Shown here piece after piece: positions 1 to 8,939 of a stretch of DNA of 64,000 nucleotides. The first letter of the stretch is position 1, and each line of letters opens with the position of its first letter. The notes beneath the pieces are model-generated. The model worked only from the letters and a program-made list of their open reading frames with translations, made no database searches and had not been told where the DNA came from. The stretch spans positions 18,040 to 82,039 of the forward strand of contig CAYVKM010000002.1 of the NCBI GenBank assembly GCA_964452045.1. Direction: 5' to 3'. Origin of the DNA: an uncultured Calditrichaceae bacterium (lineage in GTDB: Bacteria; Calditrichota; Calditrichia; RBG-13-44-9). A program made the translations under genes and the position numbers.

Positions 1-84
1 CTGAAAAAAATCCCCCAGAAGATCGACAATTAATTCTTCATCATCGACCACTAGAATACTTTGTGGCTTAACTTTTGAATTCAT
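1..84 (-). CDS. Response regulator receiver-domain protein, N-terminal 28 codons only (gene continues beyond window start)
   Basis: Minus-strand ATG at 82-84; translation MNSKVKPQSILVVDDEELIVDLLGDFFQ is a classic receiver-domain N-terminus (VVDDE acidic pocket). No in-frame stop before the window edge. Confidence 0.6.
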   Translation of the reverse strand, partial: MNSKVKPQSILVVDDEELIVDLLGDFFQ

Positions 85-102
85 TGCACGGAAGCAGTTT
101 TA

Positions 103-408
103 TTATTTCTCCACCGGGAATAATTGATCTAATTTTATCGACTTAAATAGATCCATTAAATTATCGTTAATACCCTTAATACGCATTTTTCGGCCTTTGG
201 AAATAATATTCTTATAGAAAATTAGAAATTTTCCAATCCCTGAACTGGTAATAAAGGGAACAAAACTTAAGTCAATAATGGCCTCTTTAAATTCCTGCTC
301 GAGAATCTCCTGGAAATGAACCTTTAATTCTTCCGCATTCTCATTATCGACTGCACCAATAATAGAAATGGTAATCTGACCATTCTGCTGGACAACGTTA
401 AGTTCCAT
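103..408 (-). CDS. STAS-domain anti-sigma-factor antagonist (SpoIIAA/RsbV-like)
   Basis: 101 aa; STAS-like pattern (DLSFVPFITSSGIGKFLIFYKNI); immediately upstream of the receiver-domain gene, as in partner-switching modules. Confidence 0.65.
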   Translation of the reverse strand: MELNVVQQNGQITISIIGAVDNENAEELKVHFQEILEQEFKEAIIDLSFVPFITSSGIGKFLIFYKNIISKGRKMRIKGINDNLMDLFKSIKLDQLFPVEK

Positions 409-558
409 TTTTTCCTCACTTTACTTGATCTATTAAAGATTTATAAATCATTATTTATTTTCGACATTACCTATAGTTTCCTTTAATATGTTTTAATTTC
501 GCAATTCAGAAGAAATATATGATTGAAATTTATAGTTTGGTTTAGTCAGGATCTGCTT

Positions 559-591
559 AAAAAAAAGGCCACTCCGAGGTGGAATGGCCTT
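559..591 (-). terminator. Rho-independent terminator downstream of the 621-1898 gene
   Basis: 11-bp stem with one mismatch (aaggccactcc / ggaatggcctt), 5-nt loop. Read on the minus strand the stem is followed by an 8-T run (the plus-strand A-tract at 559-566). Confidence 0.55.
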
Positions 592-620
592 AATACGAAA
601 ATTAACCTTAAGTCACATTA

Positions 621-1898
621 TTATTTTCTGAATTCAAAATTCAGAGCTTCTGATTTTTCACTTTCGGAATTCCCGGATACCAAGCTGATATAGAATTTTA
701 GTTTTAAACTACTCACAGTCGGATTAAAGGTTAAATTGGTATCGGATATTGGTTCTTTATTAATCTTAACAATTCCCGTACGTCCTGGAATTTCAACATA
801 AATATTATATTTTGCTCCCCGAATATATGAGGCATCCCAGGAAAGTATGACTTCCTCTCCTAATTTTTTCGCGGTTAAACCTTTTGGAATAGGTAACTGA
901 CTTGAATAGGACGAATAGGACGTTTGCACTGGATAAGAACTTGGCCGGGGTTCGGGTGATCTTCGATATAGACTTCCGAAATTAAATACAAATTCAGCCC
1001 GATGTGTATTTCCCAGAATTCCATAAGGTGAATACACATAATTTAAGCTATAGTTCTCCAAAAAGGCAAAACCGACACCCACGTTGTAACCGGCACCGAT
1101 ATCTTTCTGGAATTGATACCCCGCTCTTAAAGCCAAACCATTTAATACTTCAAATTCGAATCCGGGATAAATTTTCCAGTCTTCATCACTTATTTTAACC
1201 ACGTCTAAAGCAAAAGTCAGAGGATTATAAGGTAACTGATATGCGACACCAAACCGGTAAGTAAGTGGTAATTTTTCCTTATATTCATCATATTTCAATT
1301 TCGGTCCTAGATTTTGGAGAGCCATACCAAAACTTAAATATTCAACCGGGAGTTTGTATAAAATACCAAGGTCAAAAGCAACGCCGGAAGCCAGCACATC
1401 GGCAATTCGTTCTTGAAGATATTTAATTTGGATACCTGCCGAAAATACCTCAGCGGTCTGAAAACTGGCACCCACATGGGATATTAAATTATATATCTGA
1501 AATGTTCCGCCTTTGACTGGATTGCCGTTACTTATATCATACTCATCAATTTCAGGAAGATGCAAATAACTTAATCCTGCGGAAAAGGCAAAATTATTAA
1601 CCCGAGGATATAAAAAGGAAATATTTTCTATCGAAATATCCTCAATCCAGCTGGAGTGATATAACATCATTGCAGGCCTTGGTGAAAAAGCGGAAGAGGC
1701 TGGATTATAATAGAGACCATCAATATGCGCAGGTATTGCGGTGAAGGCATTCCCCATACCCTGTGCCCTGCTCCCTATTTGCATTTGCAAAAATGTAAAG
1801 GAATTCGTCCCAGATGCCCGTACCGGAATCGTTGCTGCAAGAATAAATACTGTTACAATTAATACTGATAGATAAAGATGAATTCTTTTTCCCGACAT
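621..1898 (-). CDS. Outer-membrane beta-barrel protein (PorV/FadL-like N-terminal motif) with C-terminal FN3-like domain
   Basis: Signal peptide. The mature N-terminus TFLQMQIGSRAQGMGNAFTAIPAHIDGLYYNPA resembles the GARAxGMGGAFTA..NPA motif of PorV / UPF0164 / FadL-like barrels. Alternating aromatic-rich strands follow. The last ~100 aa look like an FN3 fold. Confidence 0.45.
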   Translation of the reverse strand: MSGKRIHLYLSVLIVTVFILAATIPVRASGTNSFTFLQMQIGSRAQGMGNAFTAIPAHIDGLYYNPASSAFSPRPAMMLYHSSWIEDISIENISFLYPRVNNFAFSAGLSYLHLPEIDEYDISNGNPVKGGTFQIYNLISHVGASFQTAEVFSAGIQIKYLQERIADVLASGVAFDLGILYKLPVEYLSFGMALQNLGPKLKYDEYKEKLPLTYRFGVAYQLPYNPLTFALDVVKISDEDWKIYPGFEFEVLNGLALRAGYQFQKDIGAGYNVGVGFAFLENYSLNYVYSPYGILGNTHRAEFVFNFGSLYRRSPEPRPSSYPVQTSYSSYSSQLPIPKGLTAKKLGEEVILSWDASYIRGAKYNIYVEIPGRTGIVKINKEPISDTNLTFNPTVSSLKLKFYISLVSGNSESEKSEALNFEFRK

Positions 1899-2314
1899 TG
1901 TAGATTCCTCTATTATACAGTATTAATTAAAGCAAAGAATTTGCCAGAAAGGTAAAAGAAAATAGAAATAAAAAAATATTGTGGATGAATATACAAATGA
2001 ATTCATTAAAGTCAAAAAAATTTTGAGAGCGATTTTATATAAATGTTAATTTCCATACAATCTGTAACCTTTCAATCAGTGATATAAGAAAGTCAGCAGG
2101 ATGAAACAGAGCGAAATTTTCTGGTAATTTGAATAACTATATTTTTAAAGAACAAAATCTGATATTTAAAATTCTGTGAAGGTTTTACACATTTAATTTT
2201 AAGTATATGGGACGATCAGAGAAATTTTAGATCACGCACATAATTTGATTTACCATAGTAAAAAATGTAGTTTAATACTTTCGTCAGCGAAAACCAGACG
2301 TCTTCTTCCGGAGT

Positions 2315-3028
2315 TCATTGAAAAGCTTTTTCAAATAGATGATGATAATAATCCCAGCTTGCAATATTTCTTTCTGTAAAAGTTTTGGAGATTTTTACCA
2401 AATTTCGGAGTCCGATTTCCAGTGACAATTTCAAATTGGAAATGGCTTTTTCAATTAGCTGGTTACGCTCTAAATCCTTCCTGACCACCAGTATTTGATG
2501 GATAAATGGTAATTCTGTTTTTAATTTCCATTCTTCAGATAAATCAATGAAATTCGTATGTAATTGACCAGCATTTATCGCATCATCATCTGTAAGTAAG
2601 AGAAGCGGATAATTTTGCAGCTTTAAAATTTGAAATTCATTTTCTGATACTGGTAACCAGTTTGGTTTTACTTCAAAATACTCATTTAAAATGACACCGG
2701 CCATAAATTGTGAATATGATGATTCCTTTGATTCCCTGAAATAAATGTTATCAATTTTTTTTAGATTTTCCTTAAAATAAAGCAAAATATTTCTACTATA
2801 GTTGGGGCTAGAAATAATAATATCCCGTGAGATAAACAGATCTGGATTGCCTAAGGCATATTGCAGAGGTGTTATCAGGGCAATAGCAAACAAGCTATTA
2901 TCAACTATTTCAGAAAGTCCTGCCTGGTTTACCTGAGTCAGTTGAGATTCATGAGGAACAAGGTTATTTTCTAAGGCAAAAATGATTGGCTGGTTGATAA
3001 ATTCCGAACTAAAACAAAATCTGATCAA
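2315..3028 (-). CDS. MqnA/MqnD-family protein (futalosine-pathway menaquinone biosynthesis, periplasmic-binding-protein-like fold)
   Basis: 237 aa. N-terminus IRFCFSSEFINQPIIFALENN and the motif LSEIVDNSLFAIALITPLQYA match the MqnA pattern (RIGxISYLNxxPLxYGL; GELDAALIPxxEY). The stop overlaps the downstream kinase start by 4 nt. Confidence 0.4.
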   Translation of the reverse strand: MIRFCFSSEFINQPIIFALENNLVPHESQLTQVNQAGLSEIVDNSLFAIALITPLQYALGNPDLFISRDIIISSPNYSRNILLYFKENLKKIDNIYFRESKESSYSQFMAGVILNEYFEVKPNWLPVSENEFQILKLQNYPLLLLTDDDAINAGQLHTNFIDLSEEWKLKTELPFIHQILVVRKDLERNQLIEKAISNLKLSLEIGLRNLVKISKTFTERNIASWDYYHHLFEKAFQ

Positions 3029-5097
3029 GGTCTATTTCCCTTGAATTCTGAATTTTCCTCCTGAAATGTGGGAAGGAAAAGATAGCATGCGGTACCTTTT
3101 TCTTCCTCGCTCTCAAAGTAAATGATGCCATTATTTTCCTGGACAATTTGATAGACTATAGAGAGTCCCAATCCGGTCCCAAAGTTCTTGGTAGTGAAAA
3201 ACGGATTGAATATTTGTTGCATGTTCTCCTGCGGAATGCCACATCCGGTATCGGTGATATTGATTTGAATATAAGGATTATCTGTAATCTTTTTATAAAA
3301 TGGTTTTCGGCTGAATTTCTCTGAATCCGTGGAAACAGGCTCAATGGAAATTTCGATCTCACCTTCTTTATCAATCGCCTCCAGACTATTCAGAATTAAA
3401 TTAAATAAAACCTGCTGAATCTGACCATTATCAATGTAGAGTGGTGGCAAGTTGGACGCATAAGATTGACTTAACTTGATATTATGTTTATATAACTTTT
3501 GTTTCAGGAGAGAAAGTACTTCCTGCAATATTTCTTCAATATGGTAAAATTGACGATTTGGTTTTTGCGGTTTGGCATAAGAGAAAAGAGTTTTGAGCAT
3601 ATCATCCAGGCGATTAACCTGTTTAATGATCCGTCTTACATATTCATTTTTAGGATCGGTTTCGGTTAACTCTTCCTCAAAAGTCTGGGCGATGGCTTTA
3701 ATACCGGCCAACGGATTTCTGATTTCATGGGCAATTCCGCTCGCCATTACTCCAAGCGAGGCTAAACGATCCATCCGGCTCATCTCCTCTTGCAGTTCCT
3801 TGGAATACGTAATATCCTTAAGTGAAAGAATAAAACTTTCACTTTCCAAATCTTCAGTTTTAAATTCAGTGGTGGTAAATCCGATCAGAATATTTTCACC
3901 ATTAGCAGCGGCAACTTCTATCTCCGGCCTTTCATAAGTGCCTTCACTTTTCCGTCGATTTTCCAGTATTTTCCTGGTATTATTCTTCCCGATAATTTTG
4001 TCCAGTTTATTATTTTGAGAAGACATTAGATCGATATGTAATAAATTCGCTGCAGATTTATTGATGTATTTTATCTGTAGCTGTTTATCAATAACCATGA
4101 TTCCAAAATTTAATTGATTTATTACCAAATCCAGAAATCTGGAAGAATCCGGAGATAACAGATTTTGATCAGGTTCTTTGATCTTTTTGGGATCCATGGG
4201 TAAAAATTTACAAGCCGATTCGATAATACCGGCAATTGCTCTAAGAAAATTAAGATCTTCATCGCTAAAGAATTTTGTCTTATCGGTAAGCAAAATCAAA
4301 AGATGTCTTATTTTACTCTGCAATTTAACCGGATAAATCCCAATTTCTTTAATATCGATATTCAAGAATGATTTAATAAATGTGATATTTTCATCCGGCC
4401 ACTCATTAATCATTTTATAGATAAATTTTCCCGATCTCTGTAACTCTTCTATGATAGGTAAATTATTAACAGAAATTTTAATTTCTTCTGAGGACAAGTA
4501 CGGTGGAGCGCTTTCCATTAGCCTCATCTCATGATCGTTCATCATCTCAAAGTAAAGCACGGACTTTAGATCATAAACCTCCTGCAAAGCTAACAGACTC
4601 TGTTTTATTACCGGTGATATTGACGCATTCGATTTGGCATTTTTAAGGAGTGAGACAATTTTTTCAATCCTTTTTATAGCTTCAGATTCGTTCTTATTAA
4701 AATGAGAAACTAGAATATTTTCTTTTTTTATCTGGTAAAAACTAAACCAATTTTTCAACCTTATTTTTATATCTTCCTTCTCAAATGGAACAAAAATATA
4801 ATCATTCAATCCACTTTTGATTAAACGATTACGGAGCTCATGATCATTATTCTGGAAGAATGCAAAGGAAGGTTTATTACGCTGCTTCAGTTCAGTGAGC
4901 ATTTCCTGAATTACTGGTAAGGTAAATTTTGATTCTGAGGAAAAATCGAATAACACCGCGTCATGTTTATCGAGAAACTGATGAAAACCATCCAGATTAT
5001 CATACCTATGCCAGGATATAGAAAATTGGCCCTGGGTAAATGATTCTCTGACCAATTTTAAATTGCTGTCGTTATTTGCGATAAATAATATTGTCAT
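3025..5097 (-). CDS. Hybrid sensor histidine kinase (degenerate receiver-like N-domain, PAS, HisKA, HATPase_c)
   Basis: 690 aa. H-box SGIAHEIRNPLAGI. PAS-like LNFGIMVIDKQLQIKYINKSAANLL. G-boxes DTGCGIP and GTGLGLSIV. The N-terminal 120 aa is receiver-like but lacks the canonical DD pair (ILFIANNDSN). Confidence 0.85.
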   Translation of the reverse strand: MTILFIANNDSNLKLVRESFTQGQFSISWHRYDNLDGFHQFLDKHDAVLFDFSSESKFTLPVIQEMLTELKQRNKPSFAFFQNNDHELRNRLIKSGLNDYIFVPFEKEDIKIRLKNWFSFYQIKKENILVSHFNKNESEAIKRIEKIVSLLKNAKSNASISPVIKQSLLALQEVYDLKSVLYFEMMNDHEMRLMESAPPYLSSEEIKISVNNLPIIEELQRSGKFIYKMINEWPDENITFIKSFLNIDIKEIGIYPVKLQSKIRHLLILLTDKTKFFSDEDLNFLRAIAGIIESACKFLPMDPKKIKEPDQNLLSPDSSRFLDLVINQLNFGIMVIDKQLQIKYINKSAANLLHIDLMSSQNNKLDKIIGKNNTRKILENRRKSEGTYERPEIEVAAANGENILIGFTTTEFKTEDLESESFILSLKDITYSKELQEEMSRMDRLASLGVMASGIAHEIRNPLAGIKAIAQTFEEELTETDPKNEYVRRIIKQVNRLDDMLKTLFSYAKPQKPNRQFYHIEEILQEVLSLLKQKLYKHNIKLSQSYASNLPPLYIDNGQIQQVLFNLILNSLEAIDKEGEIEISIEPVSTDSEKFSRKPFYKKITDNPYIQINITDTGCGIPQENMQQIFNPFFTTKNFGTGLGLSIVYQIVQENNGIIYFESEEEKGTACYLFLPTFQEENSEFKGNRP

Positions 5098-5122
5098 CCG
5101 GTTGGACTAGATATTAAGATGG

Positions 5123-5812
5123 TTATTTGGAGAAACGCATCCGGAAATTTTCATAATCCAGAATGATTATTTTGCCACTGGTTTTTTTGAGAAAACCGTC
5201 TTCACACAAAGATTTAATAACCCGTGAAATTGTTTCCCGACTGGTCCCGGCCATGTTTGCCAGGTCCTGCTGAAGGGGCAATTCGGCAATTTCCACCTGC
5301 CCTTTACGAAAAACACCGGAATCCTCAGCAATTCTTAATAGCGTGCTGGCAACCCGGCCTGTGGCATCCTGCAATGAAAGAGATTTAATGTGTTCATCAC
5401 TTTTGCGGATTCTCTGGGCAAGTTCTTTTAACAGATTTATGGCTATCTGGGGAAAATCTCTCAGCATCTGCAAAAATTCTTCGCGGCGGATAACCATTAA
5501 TTCCGATTCTTCTATGGCAGTTACATTTGCCGAGCGGGTATGACCGTCCAGGAGCGACATCTCGCCAAAAAAATCACCGTCGCTCAAAATAGATAGAATA
5601 ACCTCACGACCATCATCACTGATTCGGGAAATCTTAACCCTGCCGTTTAATATAATAAACATGGTCGAACCAACTTCTTCTTCTAAAAGAATCAGATTAT
5701 CTTTATGATATTTTTGCTTACTGGCAACCTGAATAATTTTCTCCAGATCTTTGTCACTGAGTTCAGAAAACAGTGGGATATTTTTAAAGATTTCAATATT
5801 CATATTCGCCAC
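5123..5812 (-). CDS. Crp/Fnr-family transcriptional regulator
   Basis: cNMP-binding domain (GDFFGEMSLLDG) plus C-terminal HTH (TSRETISRVIKSL). Confidence 0.8.
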   Translation of the reverse strand: MANMNIEIFKNIPLFSELSDKDLEKIIQVASKQKYHKDNLILLEEEVGSTMFIILNGRVKISRISDDGREVILSILSDGDFFGEMSLLDGHTRSANVTAIEESELMVIRREEFLQMLRDFPQIAINLLKELAQRIRKSDEHIKSLSLQDATGRVASTLLRIAEDSGVFRKGQVEIAELPLQQDLANMAGTSRETISRVIKSLCEDGFLKKTSGKIIILDYENFRMRFSK

Positions 5813-5816
5813 CCTT

Positions 5817-6437
5817 TCAATATTGAGTAATCATTCCCTTTTTGCCATACTTCTCTTTTATTTCGCTTTCCAATTTCTCTGCATCTTCCCTATTCTTAAA
5901 TTTGCCGGCAATTACCGCATATAATTTTTTACCGGAAGATTCTTTTGTAATTATCGAGATATCTTTGATATTACCTAAATATTTTTTCCTGGCTTTTTCT
6001 GCATTGTCCATGGAGGAAAATGCTCCCAGCTGAACACCAAAATAGATCTGCTCTTCCCGCACAGAAAAAATTTGATTGCGGAACTCCTCATCTGTTAAAA
6101 TCCGGTTCGCCGTTTCGTAAAGACCTTTGGCATAATAATACTGAGACATTCGATCCAATATTATTTTTTTTAACTGCTGATCCTGAGTTCTTTGATAGAC
6201 CGAGATATACTGAGTAAATGCCTCCTCTACATCCTCCATAAAAATAGCCTGAACGAACTGCTTCCAATCTGGACTGGTTATTTTATTCGCGCTCAGATCC
6301 GCTTGCAAACGGACAATATCATTATCCAGATAAGCATCATACCAGACTTTCGGTTGTGAAAAGACAAAAGTCGGCAGGAGCAGCAAAAATGCTAAATATT
6401 GTACGAATCGATACTTTTGCATTCCGGACATATCCAT
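5817..6437 (-). CDS. SPOR-domain protein (peptidoglycan-binding, septal)
   Basis: Signal/TM N-terminus. C-terminal ~75 aa SPOR-like (FGVQLGAFSSMDNAEKARKKY ... YAVIAGKFKNREDAEKL). The ORF-track start overlaps the lapB stop; the true start is probably an internal Met at 6431 or 6422. Confidence 0.6.
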   Translation of the reverse strand: MDMSGMQKYRFVQYLAFLLLLPTFVFSQPKVWYDAYLDNDIVRLQADLSANKITSPDWKQFVQAIFMEDVEEAFTQYISVYQRTQDQQLKKIILDRMSQYYYAKGLYETANRILTDEEFRNQIFSVREEQIYFGVQLGAFSSMDNAEKARKKYLGNIKDISIITKESSGKKLYAVIAGKFKNREDAEKLESEIKEKYGKKGMITQY

Positions 6438-7546
6438 GTTGGTTCAGTGCTCTGATGATTACATTTATTACAAACAAATTTCTTGTCAGAAATAATTTCC
6501 TGCTCACGGAAAAACTCCACCGCGTAAGTACTGGCCACTTTATACTGATTTTTATTAAACAGATATTGGATCCGGTAGCCATTAACCCTCGGATTATTTG
6601 GTATTTTCTCTTCCAGTTGGTTTAAGATTTCTATGGCAATATCCTGTTCACCCTTTTTATCAAAAATTTCGGCGAGTGCAAGCGCTGCATCAACATTTTC
6701 CGGATTTTTGTTCCACAAATCCTTATACAGTTTTTCTGCTTCAGTAAATTTTCCCAGATCAAACCAGGCTTTTTCCAGTGATTCAAAGGCCATGTATGCT
6801 TTTTGAGGAATCTTCTGACATAAATTTTTCCAGGCCTGAATAGCATCCTCTAATCTTTTTTCGCTGTAATAAGATTTCCCCAGATAAAAATACCCACCGG
6901 CGCATGTTTCATCCAATTTCATTGCTTCCCTAAACTTTATCCGGGCATCCCGGTCCTCATTTTTTTCAATTAAATTTAGCCCTTCAAAAACCCGGTAAAG
7001 GGCTAATTTCCTCTTTAATTCATCGGTGAAAGTTTTACAGTACTTTTTTATGATATTGTAAGCCTCTTCCCATTCCTCATCTTTTTCCAGATATTTTACA
7101 AGTTTAAGCGGTACCTCTTCATAATAGTTTTGAGATTTATTTAAAATGCCATTTCCAATTTTTATCACCATTTTAACGTCATTAAGAGATTCGTAGTCTA
7201 ATAAAAGGCTGTATTCTATTTTCTGCCTGAGTTCTGGTGAAAGATTTGATCTTAACATTAAATCTTTGTGAATTTTTAAGGCATTATTTGCCAGACCCTT
7301 TTGTCGGAGAAGATCTCCCAAACGTAAATAAGCCTGGATATTGTCAGTATCTTCCCTGACGACTTCTTTAAATTTTTGGATAGCCCATTTATAATCACCA
7401 TCGGCTAAATGCTCTAAAGCTTCGAGATAAGTATTTTTACCCTTAGCAGGTCTTTTATAATATTTCGTCATATAATAAATTATCAGAATTGCTACGATGA
7501 CCAGGGTCAGAATCAATATTTCATTGATGATATCGTTTGTCGGCAT
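6392..7546 (-). CDS. lapB: Lipopolysaccharide assembly protein B (LapB/YciM-like): N-terminal TM, TPR repeats, C-terminal rubredoxin-type zinc ribbon
   Basis: 384 aa. N-terminal TM helix, multiple TPR units, and a C-terminal C-x2-C-x9-C-x2-C (CNKCNHQSTEPTWICPEC) as in E. coli LapB. It directly follows a LapA-like gene. Confidence 0.65.
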   Translation of the reverse strand: MPTNDIINEILILTLVIVAILIIYYMTKYYKRPAKGKNTYLEALEHLADGDYKWAIQKFKEVVREDTDNIQAYLRLGDLLRQKGLANNALKIHKDLMLRSNLSPELRQKIEYSLLLDYESLNDVKMVIKIGNGILNKSQNYYEEVPLKLVKYLEKDEEWEEAYNIIKKYCKTFTDELKRKLALYRVFEGLNLIEKNEDRDARIKFREAMKLDETCAGGYFYLGKSYYSEKRLEDAIQAWKNLCQKIPQKAYMAFESLEKAWFDLGKFTEAEKLYKDLWNKNPENVDAALALAEIFDKKGEQDIAIEILNQLEEKIPNNPRVNGYRIQYLFNKNQYKVASTYAVEFFREQEIISDKKFVCNKCNHQSTEPTWICPECKSIDSYNI

Positions 7547-7562
7547 CCCTCAAATCTCCTCT

Positions 7563-7895
7563 CTAACCTGAAATATTTTTGGAATCGTCAATCATTTCGT
7601 CCGGAATTTCCTCGACCGAAATATTTCTTAGATTTTCAAGTTCCTTGGTCAATTGCTTATTCTTTTTGTTTAGATTTCTCACTTCGCCTCTCAGCTGTAA
7701 CATGGAAAAGCTGATTAAAACCGCTCCTAAAACTGCACCGATTCCCAAAGTAATCAACAGCACTATGGAAAGGTGAATCTGTGGATAATATAAGGTAAAT
7801 AAACTGAGATCGATCCGCTGATCCGCATTTTGAATAAGCACATAAAGTAGTAAGACCACAACCAAGATTTTAATCAGATTACCTAAAATTTTCAT
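7563..7895 (-). CDS. lapA: Lipopolysaccharide assembly protein A (LapA/YciS, DUF1049-like)
   Basis: 110 aa, two TM helices plus a C-terminal coiled-coil (LRGEVRNLNKKNKQLTKELENLR). Conserved position upstream of lapB. Confidence 0.6.
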   Translation of the reverse strand: MKILGNLIKILVVVLLLYVLIQNADQRIDLSLFTLYYPQIHLSIVLLITLGIGAVLGAVLISFSMLQLRGEVRNLNKKNKQLTKELENLRNISVEEIPDEMIDDSKNISG

Positions 7896-8376
7896 ACGAG
7901 TCCCTTTAGTTTATTTAACTTAAAAATTAGACTAAATTAATTTTTAAATCAACGCATTTTTGGCAATTAACCGAAAATGTCTATCACCACGCGATATCAT
8001 CGTTAATATTGAACAAAAAGAAAATTATTGAAGTTCTTCTTTAAATTCATTCCCTATCTAAAATATGGTGATTTTAATGTTCATTTAAAAGTCCTACAAA
8101 ATTTAAAGTGATAAAAATATGATTATTTCTTAAATTATTCACCCCATTTCAGAATAAGGATATTCATTCATTATCTGTTAATTCTTTGATTAGAGATATA
8201 AAAACTATGCAATAATTAGGTTAAAAATTTTATTATTGGTTATCAGGCAGATAATTGATTAATATATTTTATCATTATTCATTAGAATTCTTAAACAAAT
8301 TTTTATCCTAATTTTTTAGGGATAAAATTCCGATGATAAATTCTCGTAATGTTACAAACTATATAAAAGATTTTTC

Positions 8377-8404
8377 TTGACTCGGAATTAAAAAAATTTA
8401 TATT
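8377..8404 (+). promoter_or_regulatory. Putative sigma70 promoter for the 8434 gene (TTGACT-N16-TATATT)
   Basis: TTGACT at 8377-8382, 16-bp spacer, TATATT at 8399-8404. RBS GGAGAAG 6 nt before the ATG at 8434. It sits in a 538-bp AT-rich divergent intergenic region. Confidence 0.4.
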
Positions 8405-8433
8405 TTTGTCCAAAAATTGCCATAGGAGAAGTA

Positions 8434-8910
8434 ATGAAAAAACTTGGCCGGGTTCTGGTTGTTGATGATGAAGAAAATATTCGGGAGGTGTTATCTAATT
8501 ACCTGGAAAGTATGAATTATGACGTCGTCTCCGCAGAAGATGGGCAGGATGCTTTAACGAAATATAAAAAGGGAGAGTTTGACCTCATCATATCTGACCT
8601 GCTGATGCCCAATATTGATGGTCTGGAATTGTTAAAAAGAATTCGTGATATCGATAAGGAAATTATCTTTTTAATGATTACCGGTTATCCTTCCATCGAA
8701 ACGGCAGTGGAAGCTATTAAGAAGGGGGCTTACGATTACATTACCAAACCATTTCACATGGAAGATGTGAAGCTGAGAATTGAGAGAGCATTTGAGAAAC
8801 ACTCCCTTAAAGAAAGATTAAGAACCGTTCAGGGATTTGCCTGGGCCCTGCTCTTTTCTATTCCTCTATGGTTAATTTTGGGAATAATTCTGGCGGCGTT
8901 GTTGAAGTAA
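8434..8910 (+). CDS. Single-domain response regulator (CheY-like receiver) with C-terminal transmembrane anchor
   Basis: Canonical receiver motifs (VLVVDDEENIR; phospho-acceptor D in LIISDLLMPNIDG; T in LMITGYPS; K in ITKPF). The last 28 aa are hydrophobic (FAWALLFSIPLWLILGIILAALLK). Confidence 0.75.
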   Translation: MKKLGRVLVVDDEENIREVLSNYLESMNYDVVSAEDGQDALTKYKKGEFDLIISDLLMPNIDGLELLKRIRDIDKEIIFLMITGYPSIETAVEAIKKGAYDYITKPFHMEDVKLRIERAFEKHSLKERLRTVQGFAWALLFSIPLWLILGIILAALLK

Positions 8911-8939
8911 ACAGGTTTCTAAATTAGAAAAGGTATTTA

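Noticed and set aside
2150-2200. CRP-like site (tgtgaaggttttacaca) upstream of the outer-membrane barrel gene
   Set aside because: The half-site spacing and symmetry are imperfect (TGTGA-N6-TACACA with an extra base). This is easily chance in AT-rich DNA, and I cannot tie it to the Crp/Fnr gene at 5123-5812.
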